A stretch of 64,000 bases of DNA from a bacterium (GTDB taxonomy: Bacteria; Verrucomicrobiota; Verrucomicrobiia; Limisphaerales; J093): positions 1,321-65,320 of the forward strand of contig JAKANS010000007.1 of assembly GCA_021823625.1 (NCBI GenBank), in the 5' to 3' direction. Below the pieces are notes generated by a model. That model searched no databases, was not told the origin of the DNA, and saw only the letters and a program-made list of their open reading frames with translations. The translations under genes were made by a program, and so were the position numbers. Positions 19,040 through 27,176 of the stretch are shown piece by piece. Position 1 is the first letter of the stretch. Every line of letters starts with the position of its first letter.

Positions 19040-19205
19040 GCGAACCGGCGAACCGGCCCTTGGCACTCAAAAATCCGGCACTCAAAAATCTTGATTGTCC
19101 GGGTCGGCTCTGCGTTCATCGGTGCGACCGAGAAAAAGCAGCTTCTAAAAAAAGAACTTGTCTGACCCCATACCCGCCCCTCGGCGGTTTTCAGGTTCAA
19201 AAATC

Positions 19206-19925
19206 ATGCGTATTCCTTGTCTGTGGCGGTTGATTCTGGGACTGGGTTTCGCCACGACGGTCGCCGGCGCGTTTACGCTGGTCCCCATGTCCGTGACGTT
19301 CGCTCCGAAGGGAAAGGGGGTCGCGCAGACTTTCCGGGTGGCCAACGAGTCCTCCAACCGGGTGGCGTTTGAAATCCGGGTGCTCACCTGGGATCTGGAC
19401 GCGGACGGGAAGGAAACGAATTCGCCGGCCGCCGGCCTCTTCACCGTGTTTCCGCCGCAGGGGGCCATCGCCCCCGGCAAAAGTCAGATGGTGCGCGTGG
19501 TGTGGCGCGGCCCGTCCAATCCCGAGGGCGAGCGGGCGTTCCGGCTGGTCGCCGAGGAGTTGCCGGTCAACTTCACGCCGGAGACGAACAAGGTCCAAAT
19601 CAAGTTCCAGTTGCGCTACGTGGCCGCCGTCTATGTGCGGCCGCCGAAGGCCCGGCCCACCCTCGAGGCCACCGCCTTTACCCGGTCCGGCCCCCACACC
19701 TGGCTCCTGACCGTGGTCAATTCGGGCCAGGCCCATCAAAACCTCGTGGACCCGACGCTGACCCTCACCGACGCGGCCGGCCGAAGCCGGGAGGTGGCCG
19801 CGGAGGTCCTGCGTCCCCTCGCCGGGGCAAACGTGCTGGCCGGGCACACGCGGCGGTTTGTCCTGACGTTGCCCGCCGACTTCAGCGAACCCAGCTACCG
19901 GGCGCGCTTGACCGCCCACGAATGA
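19206..19925 (+). CDS. Periplasmic pilus chaperone (PapD/CsuC-like)
   Basis: 'VFPPQGAIAPGKSQMVRV', 'ERAFRLVAEELP', 'VNSGQAH'; start ATG 19206. Confidence 0.9.
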   Translation: MRIPCLWRLILGLGFATTVAGAFTLVPMSVTFAPKGKGVAQTFRVANESSNRVAFEIRVLTWDLDADGKETNSPAAGLFTVFPPQGAIAPGKSQMVRVVWRGPSNPEGERAFRLVAEELPVNFTPETNKVQIKFQLRYVAAVYVRPPKARPTLEATAFTRSGPHTWLLTVVNSGQAHQNLVDPTLTLTDAAGRSREVAAEVLRPLAGANVLAGHTRRFVLTLPADFSEPSYRARLTAHE

Positions 19926-22309
19926 GCCATGTCTGGCGCGTCTTGATTGTGTTTTTCCTGTCGATGATGGCGCCGGCCGAGGCGGCGGTGCAGACCCTGC
20001 CCCTGCCCGTCACGTTGAACGGGCAGGATCTGGGCGAGGTCAACGCCCGTCTCGGCGACACGGACCTCGTGGCGGTGGACCTTCGGCCGGTGCGTGGGCG
20101 GTTGGCCGAGGTGCTCGCCCCGGACTGGTTCGGGAAACTGCCCGACCCCAACCGCGTCTGGGTCAGCCCCGCGCAACTCGAGGCCGCCGGCGTGCGCGTG
20201 CGGTTCGATTTTTCGAATCTGGCCCTGCATTTGAGCGTTCCGCCGGCGGAACGGCGGCCGGAAACGTGGCACCTCATCGGCACCCCGGCGGTGCAGGCGA
20301 ACCGCCCCGTGCCGCCGAGCGAGTTCTCGGCTTACCTGAACGTGCGCGGGGGCGTGGACTACCGGGAGGGCCGCCGCTTCACGACGTCGGGTTTCGCCGA
20401 GCCCCAGGTCGCGTTCGAAAACGCCTTCAATCTGCGCGGCTGGGTGCTGGAAAACGAGACGGCGGTCAATCCCGCGCCCGACAAGCCCTGGGAGAAACGC
20501 GACACGCGGCTGGTGTGGGACCAGCCGGAGCACCGCCGGCGCTGGACCTTGGGCGACCTCCAGTACCCCGTGACCGGCTTCCAGGGATTCATTCCGATGG
20601 CCGGCTTGTCCCTGTCCCGGGAGAACCGGCTCCAGCCTTACCGGGTCACCAGCCCGCTGGGGCAAACCGCCTTCCAACTCCAGGAAGATTCCCAGGTGGA
20701 AATCCTCGTCAACGGGCACCTGGTCCAGACCCGGCAACTGAAGGCCGGGCCCCATCGGATCAGCGATTTTCCACTGACGGGCGGCGCCAACGACGTGGTC
20801 CTGCGCCTCACCGACCCGGTGGGGCGCGTGGAGTACATCAACGCCACCTTCTATTACGATCCGGGCCTGCTCAAGGGCGGCGAAACGGAATTCAACTACG
20901 CGGTCGGCCTGCCGAGCCGCCCGCAACCGGACACGCCCGCGTACGAATACAAGTCCGCCCCGGCCGCCAGCGCCTTCTATCGTTGGGGGTTCACCGACAC
21001 CCTCACCGCCGGGTTCAACGGCCAGGCCACGCCCGACGCCCAGCAGGCCGGCGCCGAAGTGGTGCTCAACACGCCCGTGGGCGTGTTCGCCGCGGATTCG
21101 GCCTTCACGCGCAACCGCGGTCTGGGCCTGGGCCACGCCGAACGGTTGCAGTATCGGTATTACGCCCCGGCGGACAGCGTCTTCGCCAATGCCGTGGCGA
21201 GCCTCGCGGTCCGCCATGCCAGCGACCGCCACGGCTTCGCCGACCCGTTCTCTTTTTCCCCTCCCTCGCGGGGCGAAACCTGGGATTGGCAGGGGCGGTA
21301 TTCGCAGCGCCTCGGCGAGCACTTCAGCGCCGGCCTGGCGTACGGCGAGCAACTCCAGCGGGGCGCCACCCAACTGCGGTCCTACAGCGTGACCGGCGGG
21401 TACCGGTGGCGGCAGTTCAGCGCCGACCTCACGCTGCAACATCAAGCGGGCCCGGCCCAGGCCGCGGCGTGGGCCGGCTTTCTCTCTGTCACCCTCAATC
21501 TGGGCCGGGGCATCCAGGCCTATGCCCGCCACGATACCACCCTTCACAGCACGCGCACCGAGCTGCAATACACCCCCCCCGGCAACGTGGAAAGCTTCAG
21601 CGGCATGCTGGGGGTGCAGACCACGGCGGACGCCCAGGGCGTTTATGGCAACGGGCGTTACTTCGGCCGGCGGGCCGAACTCCTGCTCAGCCAGGATTTC
21701 CAGAGCACCGGCGAAGGCCGCACCAGCTTGCGTTGGGGCACCGCGCTGGTCTATGCGGGCGGAGCATTCGGGGTTTCCCGACCGGTGGTGGACTCCTTCG
21801 CCCTGGTCGAGAGCACCGGCAGTCTCCACGCGGAGGGCGGGGTGGGGGTGTACCCCCAAGCCGGGCGGTATGCCGCGCAGGAAAGCTGGCTCGGCCCGGC
21901 CGTCCTGCCGGAGTTGACCGGGTATTACAACACCCCGGTGCGGGTCGAACCCCGGCAGCCCGACGCCGAGTTCGACCCGCAAGAGGGCGACCTCCTGCTC
22001 CAGCCCACCTACCGCAGCGGCACCCTCGTTCGCCTGGGCCACGCCTCCTCCGCCAACGTCACGCTGACGCTGCTGTGGGCCGACGGGAAACCCGCGGCCC
22101 TGCAGACGGGCACGGTGACGGCGGCGAACGGCGCCCCGGTGGAGTTCATCACCGATCGCGAGGGTCTGGCTTATCTGCACGGGCTGCCCGCCGGCCCCTG
22201 CCAGGGAACGCTGGACAACCATCCGGAGGCTCCTTTCACCCTCGCCATCCCCACGGACAAGAACATCGACGTCAACCTCGGCCCCGTTCGGATCCCCACC
22301 ACGGAGTAA
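19922..22309 (+). CDS. Outer membrane fimbrial usher
   Basis: 795 aa from ATG 19922 (ATGA overlap); 'RDTRLVWD', 'SQVEILVNG', 'YRWGFTDTLTAG', 'SRPVVDSFALV', 'PTYRSGT', 'FITDREG'. Confidence 0.92.
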   Translation: MSHVWRVLIVFFLSMMAPAEAAVQTLPLPVTLNGQDLGEVNARLGDTDLVAVDLRPVRGRLAEVLAPDWFGKLPDPNRVWVSPAQLEAAGVRVRFDFSNLALHLSVPPAERRPETWHLIGTPAVQANRPVPPSEFSAYLNVRGGVDYREGRRFTTSGFAEPQVAFENAFNLRGWVLENETAVNPAPDKPWEKRDTRLVWDQPEHRRRWTLGDLQYPVTGFQGFIPMAGLSLSRENRLQPYRVTSPLGQTAFQLQEDSQVEILVNGHLVQTRQLKAGPHRISDFPLTGGANDVVLRLTDPVGRVEYINATFYYDPGLLKGGETEFNYAVGLPSRPQPDTPAYEYKSAPAASAFYRWGFTDTLTAGFNGQATPDAQQAGAEVVLNTPVGVFAADSAFTRNRGLGLGHAERLQYRYYAPADSVFANAVASLAVRHASDRHGFADPFSFSPPSRGETWDWQGRYSQRLGEHFSAGLAYGEQLQRGATQLRSYSVTGGYRWRQFSADLTLQHQAGPAQAAAWAGFLSVTLNLGRGIQAYARHDTTLHSTRTELQYTPPGNVESFSGMLGVQTTADAQGVYGNGRYFGRRAELLLSQDFQSTGEGRTSLRWGTALVYAGGAFGVSRPVVDSFALVESTGSLHAEGGVGVYPQAGRYAAQESWLGPAVLPELTGYYNTPVRVEPRQPDAEFDPQEGDLLLQPTYRSGTLVRLGHASSANVTLTLLWADGKPAALQTGTVTAANGAPVEFITDREGLAYLHGLPAGPCQGTLDNHPEAPFTLAIPTDKNIDVNLGPVRIPTTE

Positions 22310-22311
22310 CC

Positions 22312-23223
22312 ATGCGCCATTTCCTTTTTCGCCTGCTCCTGCTCGGCACGGCGCTCGACGGCGCCCTCGCCCAATACGCGCTGCAAATCGGCAACGTGGC
22401 CTGGCCCGGCGGCTACCGTTGCTTTTCGGGTACCGAGTATCCGAACACGGTCAACTTCACCCTCGCCAAGACGGAGAACGGCAGCCGGGCTTACGCCGTC
22501 ACCGCCGGGCCTTCCACCACCACGGGCAACTTCAATCGCCAACTGAGTTCCGGCCTCAACCGCCTCAACTACCAGCTCTACCCCGCCAACGCCCGGAGTT
22601 TCATCCTTAAAGCGCCCCCCAGCGCCACCGCCAACGAGGTCATTTCAGGCCGCAGCCACGCACAGGCCGGCACCGGCATTCCGCTCTCCTTCCTCTTCTG
22701 CATCCCGCCCGGTCAGATCGTTTTCCCGGGAACCTATACCGACTCGATTACGGTCAGCGTTTACCGCAACTACAATGACCCGGGCAATCCGATGAACTCG
22801 CGCACGATCACCCTCAGCGCCGTGGTCATACCGGAGGCCGTCCTCGCGGTCGTGCCCCGCGGCTCGGGCTTCAGCGACAGCACCAGCCAGAACCTCAACT
22901 TCGGCACCCTCACCCAGGGTCAGCGCCTGGGTTGCGATCTGCTGGTGCGCCGGAACACCGGCTGCAACCTCACCTTCAGTTCCCTCAACAACGGCGTGCT
23001 GAAGGCCATCCCCACGCCGACCACCGACCAGGTGCCCTACGTCTGCACCGTGAACGGCACCCGGCTCAACCTGGCCACCCGGCGCCAGATCAGTCTGCCC
23101 GCCGGGCTTTCCTCGTCGGCGGACGGCGAGCGCCTCCCGATCGATATCACCATCGGCAACCTGGCCGACGCAGCGGCCGGAGATTACCAGGATCAAATCG
23201 TCATCGCCGTCGTGGCGAACTGA
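22312..23223 (+). CDS. Two-domain pilus tip adhesin (SCPU/CsuE-like)
   Basis: Signal peptide, 'LNYQLY', 'PGQIVFPGTYTDSITV', 'LNFGTL', C-terminal 'AGDYQDQIVIAV'. Confidence 0.8.
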   Translation: MRHFLFRLLLLGTALDGALAQYALQIGNVAWPGGYRCFSGTEYPNTVNFTLAKTENGSRAYAVTAGPSTTTGNFNRQLSSGLNRLNYQLYPANARSFILKAPPSATANEVISGRSHAQAGTGIPLSFLFCIPPGQIVFPGTYTDSITVSVYRNYNDPGNPMNSRTITLSAVVIPEAVLAVVPRGSGFSDSTSQNLNFGTLTQGQRLGCDLLVRRNTGCNLTFSSLNNGVLKAIPTPTTDQVPYVCTVNGTRLNLATRRQISLPAGLSSSADGERLPIDITIGNLADAAAGDYQDQIVIAVVAN

Positions 23224-23487
23224 GCGGCGGCGGCCGGCGCTCCCCTTCGGCTGGCGCGCCGGCATTCCCGGAAACCGGGGCGAACCGATCGGGCGTTGGA
23301 AACCCGGTAAGGAGGCACAACACAGCCGGCACTGCCCGCGGAATCCCGGTTCCCGTCGATGCCCCTCGGGATTTTGAATGTCAGGGATCCCGTGCCGCGC
23401 TGGCGGACCTGCCCGCGCTGCCAGGGACCGGCGGTGCCGGGCGCCAGACTTGACCCTGCGTCGCCCCGCCGTTTACATCCCCGGCGC

Positions 23488-24201
23488 ATGAACACCCGCC
23501 TACGCTTCCTAACCCTGGCCCTGCTGGCCGTCTCCGCCTTCTCGGGGCCCACGCGCGCCGCGGACAACACGCTCACTGACGCCGAGAAGGCCGGCGGCTG
23601 GAAGCCGCTGTTCGACGGCCACTCCACCTCCGGTTGGCGCAACTTCAAGAAGGCGACTTTTCCCACCAAGGGGTGGGTGGTCGAGGACGGTTGCCTCAAA
23701 CACACGCTCAAAGGCGGCGGCGGCGACATCATCACCGATGCCAGCTTCGACGACTTCGAATTGAGCTTCGAGTGGCGGCTCGCGCCTGACGGCAACAGCG
23801 GCGTGAAGTATTTCATCACCGAGAACCGCAACAGCGCCCTCGGCCATGAATACCAACTCGTCACCGCGAACGATCCCGAAGCCTCGGAGCAGCCCACCAA
23901 ACACGTCACCGCGAGCTTCTACGACGTGCTGCCGACGCGGATGTCGATCAAGTTGCGCCCCGCCGGGCAGTTCAACGAATCGCGCATTCTGGTCCGCGGC
24001 AACCACGTCGAGCACTGGCTGAACGGCGAGAAAACGCTCGCATACGAGCTGGGCAGCGCGGAGGTGAAGGCCGCGGTGGCGAAGAGCAAGTTTAAGAACT
24101 TGGCCGGCTTCGGTGAAAAACTCCGCGGCCACCTCCTGCTCCAAGACCACGGCGGCGAGGTGTGGTTCCGCAATCTGAAGATCCGCGTGCCGCAGTCGTA
24201 G
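23488..24201 (+). CDS. DUF1080 / 3-keto-disaccharide hydrolase domain protein
   Basis: 'NTLTDAEKAGGWKPLFDG', 'NSGVKY', 'HVEHWLNG', 'LQDHGGEVWFRNLKIR'. Confidence 0.92.
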   Translation: MNTRLRFLTLALLAVSAFSGPTRAADNTLTDAEKAGGWKPLFDGHSTSGWRNFKKATFPTKGWVVEDGCLKHTLKGGGGDIITDASFDDFELSFEWRLAPDGNSGVKYFITENRNSALGHEYQLVTANDPEASEQPTKHVTASFYDVLPTRMSIKLRPAGQFNESRILVRGNHVEHWLNGEKTLAYELGSAEVKAAVAKSKFKNLAGFGEKLRGHLLLQDHGGEVWFRNLKIRVPQS

Positions 24202-24395
24202 GCGTGCGGACGGGTCCACCGGGCAGCGGCCTGCTTGCCCACTCCTTGTTTCCTGCGGCATCGGCCCGCCGGGACACCGCCAAAGACTTGCGAGAGGCTT
24301 GGAGTTCCGTGCGCCGCTTGCTAACGTCCGCCGCGGTGCCCGCCAGTCGCGGGCCCGACTTGGACTCGATCGAAACAAACTCGAAAGACATTACC

Positions 24396-25523
24396 GTGAA
24401 TTCGCAACTTCCCCGTCGTGATTTTCTGAAGACCACCGCCGTCGCCGGTGCCGCGCTGGCCGCCGCACCCGCGCGCTTGTTTGCCGCCGATGCGCCCCAG
24501 CTCACGCTCGCCTTCCTGGGCTGCGCCCACATCCACACGCCGAGCTTCATTGACCTGCTCAAGCGCCGCCCCGAAGTGCGCGTGAAGACGGTCTGGGACC
24601 ATGATGCCACGCGTGCCGGCCAGCGCGCGGCCCAGCTCGGCGCCCAGGCCACGACGAACCTCAAGGACGTGTTGGACGACCCGGAGGTGAAGGCCGTGGT
24701 GATCTGCTCGGAGACCAACCGCCATCCCGCACTGATCGCCGGCGCGGCCAGGGCGAAGAAACACCTGTTCGCCGAGAAACCGCTCGGCATCACCGGCAAG
24801 GAGAGTTACGCGATGGCGGCCGAGATCGAGAAGGCCGGCCGGCTGTTCACCACCGGCTACTTCATGCGCACCGATCCGAAGCACCTTTTCCTCAAGGAAC
24901 AGATCGCCAGCGGCGCTTTCGGCAAGCTCACCCGCCTGAGCGCCTGGAACGTGCACAGCGGCTCGCTTGGCGGTTGGTTCGACGACAAGCCGGACGACAT
25001 CGCCAACAACTGGCGCTGGATGGCCGACCCCAAGCAGTCGGGCGTGGGCGCGTTCGGCGACCTCGGCACGCACTCGCTGGACATCCTGATGTGGTTGATG
25101 GGCGACGTGGAATCCGCCACCGCGGACATCAAGGTCGTCACCGGCCGGTATGGCGATTGCGACGAAATGGGCCAGGGCCTGATCCGTTTCGAAAACGGAG
25201 TCAACGCCACCCTCACCGCCGGCTGGGTGGACATCGCCAATCCGATCACACTCCTGATCGCCGGCACGGAAGGCCAGGCCTGGATCCTCAACGACCAGCT
25301 CTATTTCCTGAGCCGGAAGGTGGACGGTGCCAATGGCAAGGAGCCTTGGACCAAGCTGCCGGCGGCACCGCCGCTGCCGCTGAACCAGTTTGTCAACGCC
25401 GTCGAGGGGCAGACCGGCCAACCGCTCGTCACGCCGCACGAGGCCGCCGCCCGCGTCGCCGCGATGGAAGCGATGTACAAAGGCTGCCAGGAAAGCAAGT
25501 GGGTGAAGCCGGTGCACGGCTGA
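24396..25523 (+). CDS. Tat-exported Gfo/Idh/MocA oxidoreductase
   Basis: PRRDFLK Tat motif after GTG 24396, EKPLG, GAFGDLGTHSLD. Confidence 0.88.
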   Translation: MNSQLPRRDFLKTTAVAGAALAAAPARLFAADAPQLTLAFLGCAHIHTPSFIDLLKRRPEVRVKTVWDHDATRAGQRAAQLGAQATTNLKDVLDDPEVKAVVICSETNRHPALIAGAARAKKHLFAEKPLGITGKESYAMAAEIEKAGRLFTTGYFMRTDPKHLFLKEQIASGAFGKLTRLSAWNVHSGSLGGWFDDKPDDIANNWRWMADPKQSGVGAFGDLGTHSLDILMWLMGDVESATADIKVVTGRYGDCDEMGQGLIRFENGVNATLTAGWVDIANPITLLIAGTEGQAWILNDQLYFLSRKVDGANGKEPWTKLPAAPPLPLNQFVNAVEGQTGQPLVTPHEAAARVAAMEAMYKGCQESKWVKPVHG

Positions 25524-25625
25524 ACCGCGCAGACGCCCGCGAACGTCCGGTGCGTTCGGACCCGTCCTGCGGGCGCGAACGCGCTGGTCGGGTCGGCTTA
25601 CCCGGCACTCGCCCGCATTCAACCG

Positions 25626-26216
25626 ATGAACGTCTCGCTCGTCCTCGGCCATCCGACGCCCGGCAGTTTCAACCACGCCATCGCCGACACGGCGGCCGAC
25701 ACGCTCCAAGCGCTCGGCCACGCGGTGTGGTTTCACGACCTGTACGCGGAAGGTTTCGATCCGCTCTTCACTGCCGCCGAAGTCAACCGCGACGCCGCGT
25801 TGCCTCCGGCCCTTGCGCGGCAGGTCGAGGAGGTCGGCGCCGCCGATGGTTTGATCGTGGTCCACCCGAACTATTGGAGCCGGCCGCCGGCGATCGTTTG
25901 CGGCTGGGTGGACCGCGTGCTGCGCGCTGGCCGGGCGTACAATTTTGTGCCGGACGGTCAGGGCGGTGCCAGGCCGGTGGGCCTGCTCAAGGCGCGGGTC
26001 GGCCTGGTCTTCAACACGGCCAACACGCCGCAGGAAAAAGAGGAGGCGCTCTTCGGTGACCCGCTGGAGGTGCATTGGCGCCAAGTCGTCTTTGGTTTGT
26101 GCGGTGTGCCGACCGTCTTCCGCCGCAACTTCAGTCCGGTAATCGTCAGCACGCCCGAGCAACGTCGCGCCTGGCTGGAAGAGGTTGCCGCGGCGGTAAA
26201 GCAGCATTTCGGCTGA
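25626..26216 (+). CDS. NAD(P)H dehydrogenase (quinone), flavodoxin-2 family
   Basis: 'GHPTPGSFNHAIA', 'DLYAEGFDP', 'HPNYWSRPPAIVCGWVDRV'. Confidence 0.9.
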   Translation: MNVSLVLGHPTPGSFNHAIADTAADTLQALGHAVWFHDLYAEGFDPLFTAAEVNRDAALPPALARQVEEVGAADGLIVVHPNYWSRPPAIVCGWVDRVLRAGRAYNFVPDGQGGARPVGLLKARVGLVFNTANTPQEKEEALFGDPLEVHWRQVVFGLCGVPTVFRRNFSPVIVSTPEQRRAWLEEVAAAVKQHFG

Positions 26217-26418
26217 GGCCGGCGCAAGAAGAGTCAGCTCACGCCCTGCCTGGCCCAAAGCGAAACTCCGGCGAGGGTGTCGGGCTATTTCGACAGCCCT
26301 GACTGCAATCCGCGGTCGTCGTTGCGAACCGCCTCCGCGGTGAACTGACGCGGCAACGTGGCTGGGAGGGCGCACCAGATCTGCGCCAGATCAGGTTTGG
26401 CTGGCGGCTGCCGGCGAT

Positions 26419-27120
26419 TCAACTTGTTCGTCCCTGCGGGCTTGCCCAACGCAGCCGGGCCTGGCTGACGAGTCGGTCCGCCAGGCGGGTCGGCTCGGGC
26501 AGCCGGTGGTTGTCGCAGGCGGCCAGCACCAATGCGCACGCGGAATCGAGGTCCATCCGATGCCCCACGCTGACGAACAGCGGTTTCGTGCGCTCGCGTG
26601 TTCGCAGCACGGCGCCGACGCACTCCTCGCCGATCGTCAGCGGCTCGCGGTTGCCTTTGTCCACTCCCGGCATCGCAGAGTCGCCGACCAGCCGGCTTTT
26701 GGCGCAGCCGATCGCCGGCAAGTCACAGACCACGCCCAGGTGGCAGGCAATCCCAAACCGCCGCGGATGCGCGAGGCCCTGGCCGTCGCACATCAACACG
26801 TCCGGGCGGTGGCGCAACTTTCGCAGCGCGGCCAGCAACGCCGGCGCTTCGCGGAAGGAGAGCAGGCCCGGCACGTACGGGAAACGCAGCGGGCGGGCGG
26901 CGAGCGTTTGCTCGATCACGTCGAGCGAAGCCAGGTCCAGCAGCACCGCCGCGGCGAGACATTGTTGGCCATCAGGCGGGAACGCGGCATCGAGACCGGC
27001 GACAAACCGCAGTTCCCTGGCTGGCGGCGCCTGGACGACTCGGGCGGCGAGCCGCCGCTGGACTGCCACCGCCGCCCGCGGACTCAGGCTCCACCGATGG
27101 GGAACGCGCGGAATCTTCAT
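26419..27120 (-). CDS. nfi: Endonuclease V
   Basis: VAGLD, FPYVPGLLSFRE, DGQGLAHPRRFGIACH, IGCAKSRL, PLFVSVGH, RLPEPTRLAD; start ATG 27120. Confidence 0.95.
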   Translation of the reverse strand: MKIPRVPHRWSLSPRAAVAVQRRLAARVVQAPPARELRFVAGLDAAFPPDGQQCLAAAVLLDLASLDVIEQTLAARPLRFPYVPGLLSFREAPALLAALRKLRHRPDVLMCDGQGLAHPRRFGIACHLGVVCDLPAIGCAKSRLVGDSAMPGVDKGNREPLTIGEECVGAVLRTRERTKPLFVSVGHRMDLDSACALVLAACDNHRLPEPTRLADRLVSQARLRWASPQGRTS

Positions 27121-27176
27121 GGTCGTCAGCCCGGCGCCCAACGCGGCGAATGCCCGCAGCGGGCTGGAGCAGCCGG

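Noticed and set aside
17647-19200. ORFs within the repeated element (17676..18080, 18112..19200, 18662..19165) and a possible CRISPR or invertible switch
   Set aside because: The peptides are translations of heptamer repeats; there is no repeat-spacer periodicity; the copies are direct, not inverted, and no recombinase is adjacent
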